From IMG/VR virus record IMGVR_UViG_3300020049_015491: 64,000 bases of DNA; one strand, 5' to 3'. Position 1 is the stretch's first letter; every line of letters begins with the position of its first letter. Both the position numbers and the translations under genes were made by a program. Under the pieces are notes generated by a model, which was not told the origin of the DNA, did no database searches, and was given only the letters and a program-made list of their open reading frames with translations. The DNA is from an uncultured virus (IMG/VR IMGVR_UViG_3300020049_015491). Its lineage: Duplodnaviria; Heunggongvirae; Uroviricota; Caudoviricetes. Below are positions 27,949 through 37,930 of this stretch, piece by piece.

Positions 27949-28408
27949 TGGGAACTCTGGGAACTTTTAGATCAAAAATGGGAACCATACGATAACAATA
28001 TAACATATATATATATAATATACAATAACATCATCATCATCATCATCATACCAAATTCATTTCATTCAGTTCCCAAGTTCCCACGATTCCCATAAAATAC
28101 ATCACTTTTTTCAACCTCGCATTTTCAAGTTAATTTCTAGTTAATACTGCCGCTAACGATTCCTTAAGATTTCACGAGAAACACGTATCAAGCGACATCA
28201 ATTTTTACTAAGTTTCATAGGGGCATTTTTTTCTCTCTCTTATGAAACAACTGGGATCTTTGGGAATTCGGGAACTCGATGTCACTCGTTATCGGTTTGT
28301 GGTTCCCGAAGTTCCCAATAATGGATGTGTAAAAAAGGGTTAAAATGCCGTCTGAGCCTGGTTTTTTCATTTTGGGAACTAGCCGGGTTTTGGGATTTCG
28401 GGAACTGG
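27949..28408. repeat. Iteron-like GGGAAC repeats around an AT-rich tract (origin candidate)
   Basis: (T)GGGAAC(T) x3, then TA-rich and (TCA)n tracts, then AGTTCCCA-like x3; a second inverted set at 28252-28318. Confidence 0.7.
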
Positions 28409-31126
28409 CAACTTTGGAGCAATATCAATAAAATCGCTCTTAATTAACCATCCCCTAACTGCTATACCATTCAGCTTGATTTTATATTTAATTCTCCCAT
28501 CATCTGGTTGAGCTATTAGCGCCCCCAGCTCAAACAGTGCTCTCCCCATGCTCCTTTCTGTAGGTATCTGCTCGAAGATGCCACTTTTAGTCAGCCTCTC
28601 AAGCACCACCAATGGGAGTACAAACAGCCCTTCTGGCATCCATTTACCAATAGTGATGTTTCCTCCACCGCTTATAACAGCCGTGGTATTTTGACCTTGG
28701 ATCATCATAGGGGTAGAACTGATCATTTCCTTCAAGCCAGTTAAAAAGCGCGAGGTCTCAGTCTCCTCGCTTACCACCTCCCCCTGCTCGGTCATTACCG
28801 AGTCAAGTGCCTTAACGAACTCGTCTCTACGTTCGACAAATACGTCTCCAAGCGGCGATACTTCCAGCAAAGCCCAGATGCTTTTCAGCATAGCAAATTT
28901 GCTTGCAAGCCTTCCTGTATTCGAAAATCCTCTTTGAGCAAACTTCTCACTTATGACATTTCGATACTCGTGATACTCTTTTCCAAGCACCTCTTCGGTT
29001 TCGTGCAAGAACTTGATCCAATGCCATCCCACGTATGGGAGGTGGTCGCGCACCTGGCGCAGCTCCTCTGCCATCTCAGACGCATGTTTCATTTCCTCCC
29101 TGTTCAAAGTCCAGCTCAGGCCCAACACCCTGGCCGAGGTGCTTGACTCTGACGGTGCAACCTCCCCAGTAATGATTGGCGTGCTGTGGAAGGCAATAGT
29201 CTCCCTGGCATTGCCCTCCCTGTCACTTCGGGCTTTCTCTCGCCCCTCCATGACTCCATGGATCATTGACACATATGCCTGGATGTCTCTTTTATCAACC
29301 GATTTCAGGTTATCATAAAGCTGTGGTAAAAATCCAGCAGCCTTAAAAATATCCATCTGGGCGTTGATGGTGGACCCATTGCGTCCAGCCTTCAGCATCG
29401 GCCCATGCAGATATTCTTTCCCCCAGAACCCCATGGCATATGTCGCGCAGACGGTCTTAAAAGTCCCTGATGGCCCCCATATCCCAAGCGCGAATTTCTC
29501 ATCTGGCAGCCATCTCGCGACGGCTGGAGCCCCCAGGGACGTTGCTGCCACTATGCATGCCAATTTGTGGATGCTCATGAATTTTCTCAAAGCATCTTTT
29601 GCCTTCTCCAGATCTCCATTTTCAACTTCTGCAGGAATGGATGGATTTAGCTTGAAAAATGTGTCGAATTCCGTTTCATACCCTGGAATCATGGGTGTAT
29701 TTTCATTCCATCTCGGGCTTGTAACTTTAATTGTATGTTTAATATGATTTGTTATAAGCTGAACCTGCTCGAAATCCAGCTCTCCCATCCGGTTCATGCC
29801 ACCAAATGCATTTAGTACTGCAGCCTTGAACTTCTTACTGTCTGCCAGGGATGCTGCCGGCAAGTTGAATACCACTTCTCGACCATCGCGAGACCCAACT
29901 CCTCTGAAAATGTACTCAGTGGTGTCCTCATTTTTCAGTTCCGTGTCGATCCAGATGACACAATCGCTTATCCAGACTGCCACTTTTTTCATAGCATCTT
30001 TTTTGCTGGGTTCGATTCTCACCAGCGCTCCAGTTGGTTCAAACCGGCCAATTTCCCAGAACTTACTATCCAGGGTCACTGATTTTACTGCCCGATCCAG
30101 ATCCAACTTGGCTTCTCTCTCACTGATTAGACCTTTCGTAACCGCATACTGCAGGGTCTTTTCCAGTGCCGTCCGGTCTTTTAAGACGCCGGATTTTGCT
30201 TTCTCCCAGGGGACTGCCCCGCACTCGCACGCCAGCCAAACCCATGCATCTCCACCCGCATTCAACCCGTTATGCATGTAGCAGTAGACGTTCATGGTGG
30301 GGTTCACCACTAGGTTTTTCCCAGTAGTACTCCCAAGGGTTGGGTGCGGCCCCAGGAGCTGCCCCCCGGAGGAGACGAAGCCATTTGTATTTATAACATC
30401 GAGAATATGAATTGCCGGAAGACTTGATTCACTGGATGGATTGTTTTTATTTTCCTCATGAGGAACTTCTCTGAGCATCCAATCCGCAACTGTTTTAACC
30501 AATGGAGCAGTTCTATCTTCCACCGGGAAGCATAGATCCTCGATCCACACTCCAGTCAGTGACAGATGCCTCCCGGATTCATAAAGTTCAAAAGAATTAA
30601 AAACAGGTTCGCCTTTATTAAATTTCGCTAGCGATGTTGGTTTTGTGGCAAAAATGCGTTGTTTAGTTTCGTCTGGTATGTCCTCTTGGGTGCCTTGCCC
30701 TTCTAATTTATCCCTGCCTATGCTGCCCATCACGAAAAATCTAATACCGCACTTCGAAGGGCTTACTTCCGTGTAGAAAGGAAGCACCTTCATGATGAAT
30801 TCCTCAGCCCAGGGGCTTAGCATTCCTGTCTCAGGGTCTCGACAGCAGTCCAGGTCTCCCCCGATGAGCACAGGCCTTGGTTGCCCGGATTCCCGGTTCA
30901 TTAGGAACCCAAGCGCTTCAACTTGTCGGGGCTTATCCTGGAACATGACAATTTCTCGCCGCTCGATGGCGGCCAGAGCTTCCTCAAAAGACAACCAGTT
31001 GCCCTTATTTTTCGACCATCCTCTTGACACGAATCCTTTCTTTCCTCGCACGTATGGTTGCTTTTCTACGCGAACGCAAAACTGGCGCAGAGACCGCAAG
31101 CTATCAGGAATATGGCTGTAATCCAT
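28379..31126 (-). CDS. Primase-polymerase (AEP, NrS-1-like) fused to a DUF927-like helicase
   Basis: GDLDCC, YTEVSPS, HPTLGSTTG, Walker A GPSGTFKT, LYDN, IITGE. Confidence 0.8.
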   Translation of the reverse strand: MDYSHIPDSLRSLRQFCVRVEKQPYVRGKKGFVSRGWSKNKGNWLSFEEALAAIERREIVMFQDKPRQVEALGFLMNRESGQPRPVLIGGDLDCCRDPETGMLSPWAEEFIMKVLPFYTEVSPSKCGIRFFVMGSIGRDKLEGQGTQEDIPDETKQRIFATKPTSLAKFNKGEPVFNSFELYESGRHLSLTGVWIEDLCFPVEDRTAPLVKTVADWMLREVPHEENKNNPSSESSLPAIHILDVINTNGFVSSGGQLLGPHPTLGSTTGKNLVVNPTMNVYCYMHNGLNAGGDAWVWLACECGAVPWEKAKSGVLKDRTALEKTLQYAVTKGLISEREAKLDLDRAVKSVTLDSKFWEIGRFEPTGALVRIEPSKKDAMKKVAVWISDCVIWIDTELKNEDTTEYIFRGVGSRDGREVVFNLPAASLADSKKFKAAVLNAFGGMNRMGELDFEQVQLITNHIKHTIKVTSPRWNENTPMIPGYETEFDTFFKLNPSIPAEVENGDLEKAKDALRKFMSIHKLACIVAATSLGAPAVARWLPDEKFALGIWGPSGTFKTVCATYAMGFWGKEYLHGPMLKAGRNGSTINAQMDIFKAAGFLPQLYDNLKSVDKRDIQAYVSMIHGVMEGREKARSDREGNARETIAFHSTPIITGEVAPSESSTSARVLGLSWTLNREEMKHASEMAEELRQVRDHLPYVGWHWIKFLHETEEVLGKEYHEYRNVISEKFAQRGFSNTGRLASKFAMLKSIWALLEVSPLGDVFVERRDEFVKALDSVMTEQGEVVSEETETSRFLTGLKEMISSTPMMIQGQNTTAVISGGGNITIGKWMPEGLFVLPLVVLERLTKSGIFEQIPTERSMGRALFELGALIAQPDDGRIKYKIKLNGIAVRGWLIKSDFIDIAPKLPVPEIPKPG

Positions 31127-31130
31127 AAAA

Positions 31131-31313
31131 TCACTCTTTGGGAATTTCAAATGAATCGAGGTGTGCAAGCACTAAATCTTGTAGAGCTGTCGATCTTGAA
31201 ATTTTATTCACCTTGCAGTATTTATTTATTTTCCTGGCCGCAGACTTTTTTATTCTGAATGAGATAATCAGATCTCTTCGGTCCTTTTTAGGAATGTAAC
31301 AGCTTTTCGGCAT
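31131..31313 (-). CDS. Ribbon-helix-helix (CopG-like) regulator
   Basis: IISFRI...INKYCKVNKISRSTALQDLV; directly upstream of the primase. Confidence 0.65.
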   Translation of the reverse strand: MPKSCYIPKKDRRDLIISFRIKKSAARKINKYCKVNKISRSTALQDLVLAHLDSFEIPKE

Positions 31314-31361
31314 AAATCGTATAATGTGTACGTTGTTATTTAAAGGTGTTGCTGTATGTGA

Positions 31362-32492
31362 CTACTCCCCCGAATAAATTCGGGGGCATCTAACGCTTTG
31401 ACGTACAGACTGTAGTCCCAGTCTGAGAATATTTAAGGCTGCATTATGATCTCTATCGAGAGTCAGCCCGCATGAAGGGCATGAATGAGTTCTTTCTGAT
31501 AGGTCTTTATGAACGATCTGACCGCAGCCTGAGCATATTTGGGATGTGTTATTTGGGTTCACGAGTTCAACACGCTTACCGGCCCATTCTGCCTTGTAAG
31601 TCGTGGCAGTTATCAGTTTGTTCCAAGAAGCATCCGCAATATGCTTTGCAAGACAATGGTTCTTAACCATGCCTCTGATATTCAGATCTTCGAATACTAT
31701 TAAGTCATAGGATTTGATTATGGATAGGGACAGTTTTTGAACAAAATCATCTCTCTTGTTTGTGATTCTCTCATGAACTCTATGAACCACTTTCAGAGCA
31801 TTCTTCCTCGCGGAGGTGCCCTTGGGTGCCTTTGAAAGTTTCCTTTGAGCTTTGGCAAGAGCTTTTTCTTCATGAATGAAGAACCTTGGATTATCGACCT
31901 GGTCACCGCTGGATAAGGTGATGAAGCTTTTCAGGCCCACATCAATGCCAATAGATTCTCCTGTGAGAGGCAGCGGCTCATCAGGTTCGACTTCAACCAG
32001 GAAAGAGGCAAACCACTTCCCAGTAGGCATCTTCCTTATGTTGACTCTCTGGATCGCTCCCTCTACAGCTCTATGGAGCTTGATTTTAATCTCGCCGATC
32101 TTGGAAAGCCATAGTTTACCCGGCTTCAATGAAAAGCCTGTCTGGGTGTAGGTGAAGCTGTCATATCTGCCTTTACCTCTGAATCTAGGGTAGCCTGGAT
32201 CACCGCCTTCTTTCACCCTTCTGAAGAAAGCTTTGTATGCCAGGTCAACCCTCTTCACTACTTCCTGAAGTACTTGAGAGTGGACGCCTTTCAGTTCAGG
32301 TTTCTCATCTTTCCAATGAGGTAGAAGCTTCTTAGTTTCATAATAGGAGACGGATATTTCCTCTTTCTCCCAAGCATTCTTTCTAGTTGCCAGGGTCTCG
32401 TTATAGGTCCATCTGCAAAGCTCCAGGGTATCATCCATCTTAGATCTCTGGGACTTTGTGGGATAGATCCTATACCGGAGAACCTTCAGCAA
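31362..32492 (-). CDS. tnpB: TnpB nuclease
   Basis: GIDVG / FEDL / DRDHNAA motifs, Zn ribbon. Confidence 0.95.
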   Translation of the reverse strand: MLKVLRYRIYPTKSQRSKMDDTLELCRWTYNETLATRKNAWEKEEISVSYYETKKLLPHWKDEKPELKGVHSQVLQEVVKRVDLAYKAFFRRVKEGGDPGYPRFRGKGRYDSFTYTQTGFSLKPGKLWLSKIGEIKIKLHRAVEGAIQRVNIRKMPTGKWFASFLVEVEPDEPLPLTGESIGIDVGLKSFITLSSGDQVDNPRFFIHEEKALAKAQRKLSKAPKGTSARKNALKVVHRVHERITNKRDDFVQKLSLSIIKSYDLIVFEDLNIRGMVKNHCLAKHIADASWNKLITATTYKAEWAGKRVELVNPNNTSQICSGCGQIVHKDLSERTHSCPSCGLTLDRDHNAALNILRLGLQSVRQSVRCPRIYSGE

Positions 32493-32493
32493 A

Positions 32494-32904
32494 TCACTTC
32501 ACCTTTTGCGACTCTACATATCTCTCTATTACGTCCTTGGTGGCGTCTCCGCAAGTGCCGACATAATAAGACGGATTCCAGAGATGGCCGTTCCAAAGCT
32601 GTTGTTTCAGTTCGGGATGCATTTCAAAGAGCTTCTTTGCTGTGATGCCTTTGAATATCTTGGTTATGTTGGCTGGAGAGAATTTTGGATGGGCTGTTAT
32701 GAAGAGATGAACATGGTCTGGCATGATTTCCTGTTCTATCAAGGTAACTCCTTTCTGCTCTGCTATCAGTTCATGCAACTGATGCAAGTCTTCAGCGACT
32801 TGGCCAGTCAGCACTTTTCTTCTGTACTTCACAGACCATACGAGATGGTAATACACGTTGTATACGCATCCCCGCGCGCTCACCCAATGCTCTTGTTTAG
32901 GCAT
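32494..32904 (-). CDS. tnpA: IS200-type Y1 transposase
   Basis: YHLVWSVKYRR, HUH DHVH, YVESQ. Confidence 0.95.
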   Translation of the reverse strand: MPKQEHWVSARGCVYNVYYHLVWSVKYRRKVLTGQVAEDLHQLHELIAEQKGVTLIEQEIMPDHVHLFITAHPKFSPANITKIFKGITAKKLFEMHPELKQQLWNGHLWNPSYYVGTCGDATKDVIERYVESQKVK

Positions 32905-33111
32905 TCCAATCTATACATATGGTCACCACACGTATATATACCTATCGATAGGTACGGGCTGTATCCCACGACTGAAGTCGCGGGGATTAGCCCTGATTCC
33001 GTCCTAAAGTTTATATCTGCCCTCCCTGGGCGGATTCTCTTCTTATTGCTTCAAAATCTTTTTATGCTTGAACGTCAATCATATCTTCAACACGATATAG
33101 AAGGTGGTCGT

Positions 33112-33465
33112 ATTCAGGATAAAGTAGTAAGCGTGTTTACTGATGAAGAAATAAGCTTCGTGAACAATTTGATAACCCTTGGTTTCCGTAGGAAAACCGC
33201 CAACGTCCTAGCCTATCTGCTTCTGGTTGGAGAAGGAACATCATACGAGATCGAGACTGCAACCGGACTGCGCCAGCCTGAGACAAGCACTGGACTTAAA
33301 GAGCTTGGGGTATGGTTGACTACAACCAAGGTTCCAAAATCCCATACGCGCAAGTATGCGTTGACCTCGCCAAAGGATGCCATTGCGTCAGCCCGTAATA
33401 AACTGGTGGAAGCCAGGAAAGCTCAAGATGCGGCATATGTTCGAATTTGCCAACTGGTGGAATAG
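33112..33465 (+). CDS. Winged-helix transcriptional regulator (methanogen type); probable ATT start, alternative ATG 33064
   Basis: TSYEIETATGLRQPETS motif; GGTGG SD before ATT. Confidence 0.7.
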   Translation: MQDKVVSVFTDEEISFVNNLITLGFRRKTANVLAYLLLVGEGTSYEIETATGLRQPETSTGLKELGVWLTTTKVPKSHTRKYALTSPKDAIASARNKLVEARKAQDAAYVRICQLVE

Positions 33466-33702
33466 ATGCCAGTATTCAAGCTTTCGAATACAGTAGGCCC
33501 TAGAGTCAATTATCTGGCCAAGCATACCAAGCTTGGCATTCTCCTTTATTTGATGGATGATGGCGAGCAAATCCCGTACTGGTTTCCGAAAAATAGCTGT
33601 TCGCTTAAAAAGTCATCTGATGCTACATTTGAGGTTAACGTTCCTGACTGGCTGTGGAACAAAAGAGAGAGAGCAAAACCTATGGGGGTACCATGCAGGT
33701 GA
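33466..33702 (+). CDS. Hypothetical protein
   Basis: WFPKN...VPDWL small phage-type motif; TAG-ATG coupling. Confidence 0.65.
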   Translation: MPVFKLSNTVGPRVNYLAKHTKLGILLYLMDDGEQIPYWFPKNSCSLKKSSDATFEVNVPDWLWNKRERAKPMGVPCR

Positions 33703-33708
33703 GTATGA

Positions 33709-33754
33709 ATAGCTCCGGGCGTCCTGTGAACCCGGAACTATCATAAACTTTTTT
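33709..33754. terminator. Hairpin/T-tract between convergent genes
   Basis: ATAGCTCCGGG...CCCGGAACTAT followed by a T-tract. Confidence 0.5.
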
Positions 33755-34038
33755 TAGTCGTATGCGGGCGGGTTATTTTTTGGGTCCATCCTGTACCTGG
33801 CTGCAGCCAAGGCGTTGTTCATTTTAGCTTGAACCGTCGCGATGTTAGCAAGTCCTTTGGTCTGCATGGCCTGGTAGTCTGGCCTTGTTTCTGAAGCTCC
33901 AAACGTTATAGAGCCCACCCCAGCGCACTTTCCAACTACTTTATCAATGGCTGGTAACGCTGGGCATTGCATTCTTTGTTCGCCGTTTACGCATTTTAGT
34001 TGGCAGCCGGCTCGCATGCCTTGCATGGGGTTAGCCAT
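33754..34038 (-). CDS. Hypothetical protein
   Basis: 94-aa ORF with upstream TATA-like box. Confidence 0.6.
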   Translation of the reverse strand: MANPMQGMRAGCQLKCVNGEQRMQCPALPAIDKVVGKCAGVGSITFGASETRPDYQAMQTKGLANIATVQAKMNNALAAARYRMDPKNNPPAYD

Positions 34039-34115
34039 GCTGTAATATTTTATGTTCTAGGCTAAATACTTATCATGCCAAAAAGTCTTTATACCTGAGA
34101 TTAAGCGTATACATT

Positions 34116-34769
34116 ATGAGACCTATGAGAATAGTGCTGCTGGTTGTTTTGCTGGTTACTTTGGCTACTGGCATGCCCGAGAGAGGTCATTATTACGTAT
34201 ATGTCCCATGGGAGGATCATACTGAACAGGGATTGCATGAGCTAATTGGTGATTCCGTGTTCACGGTGAAATATAATGCTGGTGCATTTGATTGTAGCGA
34301 CATGACTGCATATCTTGATTGGTTTTTGAAAAGCCATGGCTTTCATACTTACATTTGTATAGTGGAAACTGAATATGTATGTCATAGTTATCTTGCCGTT
34401 AAAGTAGATATACCAAATTCCAGTTCGCAGGATATCGTTTATGTAGAATCTACTACGGTTATTATTCAAATAGTTAATCGCAACCATCCTGAATATGGCT
34501 CATACCAAAACGAATCTGAGCATTATGATGATATATGGGCTGCTAATGTAGATATGGCAGAAAATGAAATAGACTGGTGGTCAAATATTAAGGACGTTCC
34601 TATGAATTCGACATTTGTGGCGAAATCGAACATTCCATTGCTTTCGATTTCAGAAACGTCCTTTCCATCTTTAACCCTGGGGAGCGGAGAGGGCGCAGCG
34701 GGAAGTCCCCGGCCTTCAGGCCGTGGGATGAGAGCGAAGCCCTCCCTGTTCTTACATGCCTACCAATAA
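34116..34769 (+). CDS. Secreted transglutaminase/cysteine-protease-like protein; C-terminus extended by IS sequence
   Basis: Signal peptide, FDCSD...HSY...VE triad-like motif; the empty site predicts a native end SLT*. Confidence 0.6.
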   Translation: MRPMRIVLLVVLLVTLATGMPERGHYYVYVPWEDHTEQGLHELIGDSVFTVKYNAGAFDCSDMTAYLDWFLKSHGFHTYICIVETEYVCHSYLAVKVDIPNSSSQDIVYVESTTVIIQIVNRNHPEYGSYQNESEHYDDIWAANVDMAENEIDWWSNIKDVPMNSTFVAKSNIPLLSISETSFPSLTLGSGEGAAGSPRPSGRGMRAKPSLFLHAYQ

Positions 34770-34812
34770 CTATTTAAGGTAATAATGGGATACTTATATT
34801 TCGGTAAAACCC

Positions 34813-35220
34813 ATGAAGTACAAGCTCGATAGATCGGCGCATTCCGTGTATTCACTGCATTACCATTTGGTGATAGTGGTAAAATACAGGAGGAAGGCAC
34901 TCTACGATGATGTGATCAGAGAGCGCCTAAAGCAGATCATATGGGGCTTGACGGATGATCTCGGAATAGAGATTCTTGCACAAGAGCCCGCCGAAGATCA
35001 TCTTCATGTGCTGTTCAAGGGCACACCTAAAACCAACCTGGTCAACGTTGTAAACGTCATAAAGGGTGTCACTGCTAGAAGGCTCAGACAAGAATTTCCA
35101 CAAACAAAAGAGTTTCTTTGGGGAGATTCCTTTTGGTCTGACTCATACTTCATAGCCTCAACCGGACAGGTTAGCCTTGATATTCTGATGCAGTATGTAG
35201 AATCTCAGATGGAGAAATAA
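34813..35220 (+). CDS. tnpA: IS200-type Y1 transposase
   Basis: YHLVIVVKYRR, DHLH, YVESQ. Confidence 0.95.
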   Translation: MKYKLDRSAHSVYSLHYHLVIVVKYRRKALYDDVIRERLKQIIWGLTDDLGIEILAQEPAEDHLHVLFKGTPKTNLVNVVNVIKGVTARRLRQEFPQTKEFLWGDSFWSDSYFIASTGQVSLDILMQYVESQMEK

Positions 35221-36407
35221 TGATTATCAGCTACAAGTATCCCATATTCCCTGATAAGGCAACACAGCAAAAGTTAGCCGAAGCTTTGGATGCTTGTAGA
35301 TGGCTCTATAACAAGCTTCTTGAGAGGATGAACGAAGCCAGAGAGAACGGCTTCAAGCTCAGTACATACGAAACTCAGAACATGATACCATCTATGAAGC
35401 TTGAGAATCCCAAACTGAACCTAGTCTATTCCAAAGCCCTTCAGATGGTGAACTACACACTACATAGCAATATTTCCGCCCTGGCTGCCTTGAAGAGGAA
35501 TGGGTATGAAGTTGGTCCTCTAAGATTCAAGGGCTACGGATGGTACAAAACCATCAACTATAACCAGTCTGGCTTCAAACTTGATCAAAACCATAGTTGT
35601 TTGCGCATCTCCAAGATAGGTAACATCAAGATCAAAATGCATCGTAAGATTTGGGGATGCATCAAGGCCATCCTACTCAAGAAAGAAGGCAAACGGTGGT
35701 TTGCTATCGTTCAGGTAGACCAAGAACCTGAGATATTACCTGATAATGGGAAATCCGTAGGTATAGATGTTGGCCTGAAATCGTTTGCTGTTGACACTGA
35801 TGGCAGATCTGTTGAGAATCCCAGATTTGCAGAGAAGGCGGCTACCAAGGTTAAGAACATCCAGAGGAGGCTGTCGAGGGCTAAGAAGGGCTCCAATAAT
35901 CGCCAGAAGCTTCGGGATAAGCTGGATAAGGCAAATGATAGAATCAACCGCCAGAGAAACGACTTCCTCCATAAGTTATCCAGATCTTATGTCAACAACT
36001 ACGATATAATCTGCGTTGAAGATCTTGATGTCAAAGGGCTAAAAGAGAAGGGTTACAACAAAAGCACGCATCGGAACATTCATGATGCGTCCTGGTCCAG
36101 ATTTCTATTCATGCTTTCGTACAAGGCTGAAAGTGCTGGTCGAAGGCTGATCAAAGTAGATCCCAGGAACACCACTCAGAGGTGTTCCGCTTGTGGAAGC
36201 ATTGTGAAGAAAGAGCTATCTGATAGGGTTCATGAGTGCCCTTATTGCGGTTTCTCATGTGATAGAGACTATAATGCTTCCATAAATATACTCATTGCAG
36301 GGATGGAACAGCCCATAGCGCCCACAGAGTCAAAACCTCTACGTCACATTTCTGTGATGCAAGTTTTGGCGATGAAGTGGGAAGCCCTACCCTTCAGGGT
36401 AGGGTAG
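35220..36407 (+). CDS. tnpB: TnpB nuclease
   Basis: GIDVG / VEDL / DRDYNAS motifs, Zn ribbon. Confidence 0.95.
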   Translation: MIISYKYPIFPDKATQQKLAEALDACRWLYNKLLERMNEARENGFKLSTYETQNMIPSMKLENPKLNLVYSKALQMVNYTLHSNISALAALKRNGYEVGPLRFKGYGWYKTINYNQSGFKLDQNHSCLRISKIGNIKIKMHRKIWGCIKAILLKKEGKRWFAIVQVDQEPEILPDNGKSVGIDVGLKSFAVDTDGRSVENPRFAEKAATKVKNIQRRLSRAKKGSNNRQKLRDKLDKANDRINRQRNDFLHKLSRSYVNNYDIICVEDLDVKGLKEKGYNKSTHRNIHDASWSRFLFMLSYKAESAGRRLIKVDPRNTTQRCSACGSIVKKELSDRVHECPYCGFSCDRDYNASINILIAGMEQPIAPTESKPLRHISVMQVLAMKWEALPFRVG

Positions 36408-36630
36408 TTCACCGTGAAATACAGTATGGTACCTATTCATTTTGAACCTAAAATTAAATTTTACTTTCGGAGATATAAATGTATTCCACTATTCGTCCCA
36501 CTCCTGACCAGTATTTCATGGGAGATAATTCGGCTTTTTTGATGCTTGTATCTTTTCAGTTTACGTAAACTTTCAATTTACGAAATAATATATATACTAT
36601 TCGTGATTAGTGGGGGTTGAGGTTACTACA

Positions 36631-36867
36631 ATGGCATTTATACCCCTCAATAAGGCAAGCAAGGCCGGTATCGTCATGTCCGGCTATGGAAAGCCGTATC
36701 TGAAGACTGCATCCTATGAGAAGGGCTACAACCCCCAGCATCTGCAAGCTTACCAGTCTGCGTTCTCTCAGGCATCCAAGGAGTGCTCCGCTGCGACTAG
36801 GGGCATGACTGGCATGGAGAGAGCTAAGGCCAAGTCTGCCTGCATGTCCAGCACTCTGAAGAGATAG
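36631..36867 (+). CDS. Small basic hypothetical protein
   Basis: GAGGT SD before ATG 36631; T-tract after the stop. Confidence 0.65.
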   Translation: MAFIPLNKASKAGIVMSGYGKPYLKTASYEKGYNPQHLQAYQSAFSQASKECSAATRGMTGMERAKAKSACMSSTLKR

Positions 36868-37068
36868 GTTAGTACCTGTCTCTCCTTAAACCTTTTTTAA
36901 AAAAATTATGGTGGGCATTCTATATCTTGTTCGCGTGACTTTTTCTTGGTGTTTTCGAACTTCTCCTTTTTGATTTTATCTTCTTTATCGGACTTCTTTT
37001 TTTTCGGAGCCGTCATTACTGCCATTCTTGCTTTTCGTTCTTTTGCAGTTAATTTTTTTTTAGCCATT

Positions 37069-37321
37069 TCATGCCTCCAAGATACTTCGTAACTTCTCCG
37101 GATCTATATTTCCGTTTTTAAATAGGTCGGGCTCAGTATAAAAATCGATCCCAACTTGTAGTACTGGAGCAGATCGCGCAAAGACGCCATTAATTCGTAG
37201 ATGAGTGAGAGCTGCAGGTTCGCGCATGTCTACTACTGTAATGCCCTCTGGGAGTGCTCCCTTGAGCACCTGACATTTTGGGCAGATTGGGGTTGAATAT
37301 AATACTATTTTTTTAGCCATG
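37069..37321 (-). CDS. Glutaredoxin/NrdH-like protein
   Basis: LYSTPICPKC...SAPVLQV. Confidence 0.8.
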
Positions 37322-37450
37322 TGTCTATCCTCTGGAAATGCTGTTGTTTCTTGTCTTGGCATGCTTTATTTGACCTATCATATAGTGGTTCCATTATTCC
37401 CATTCGTCTTTCACTTCTCTGTTTCGCGACAGATCCTTCTTTAATTACCA

Positions 37451-37930
37451 TTAGTAATGCCTCCGCACCATGGTTGAATCTTTTCCGAACGCTTTCCAGC
37501 GATCATCATTACCACATCTTGGGTCATATTGGTATCGGCACCCCCATATCTCACCACATATTCCACATTCATAGACTTGATATCCTTCGTTTTTAGAATC
37601 CTTTTTATTCTCAGGATGTTGAATTGGACGTAATTCGTGGTTGACCAAATGCATTCGACATGCCCGACACATGTCTTCTTTTATGACGCAATTTTCCTTA
37701 TTGGTTGGAATTACTGCAGCGGTGAATTTGCATATGAGGTTGGGTGATCGCAATTGAATCGCGAATATTAGTTCATCATTGTCGATTACTATTGGAATTG
37801 CTCGTCCTTCGATACTGGCTATTTCTTTAGTTTTATACCTACCTCCACATTTCCCACATGCGCAATGGCGCATTTCTCCCTCGATCATTTTTACGATATC
37901 GTGGCACAGTGGACAAAAAAATAGTTTCAT
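37451..37930 (-). CDS. Cys-rich Zn-binding hypothetical protein
   Basis: Multiple CxxC/CxC motifs. Confidence 0.65.
   Translation of the reverse strand: MKLFFCPLCHDIVKMIEGEMRHCACGKCGGRYKTKEIASIEGRAIPIVIDNDELIFAIQLRSPNLICKFTAAVIPTNKENCVIKEDMCRACRMHLVNHELRPIQHPENKKDSKNEGYQVYECGICGEIWGCRYQYDPRCGNDDRWKAFGKDSTMVRRHY

Larger units (their letters stand above)
31358..33003 (-). mobile_element. IS605-type element (tnpA + tnpB)
   Basis: Left-end hairpin CCCGCGAC-TTCA-GTCGTGGG with guide AATC predicts target TTAG (33004-33007). Right-end hairpin CCCCCGAA-TTTA-TTCGGGGG ends in TCAC at 31358. Confidence 0.92.
34675..36412 (+). mobile_element. IS605-type element (tnpA + tnpB)
   Basis: Target TTAA at 34671-34674 (guide AAGT); left-end hairpin CCCCGGCC-TTCA-GGCCGTGG; right-end hairpin CCCTACCC-TTCA-GGGTAGGG ends in TCAC at 36412. 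Confidence 0.92.

Noticed and set aside
32506..33111. N-terminal part of the 319-aa plus-strand ORF
   Set aside because: Antisense of tnpA and the IS left end; only the wHTH part from ~33112 is credible
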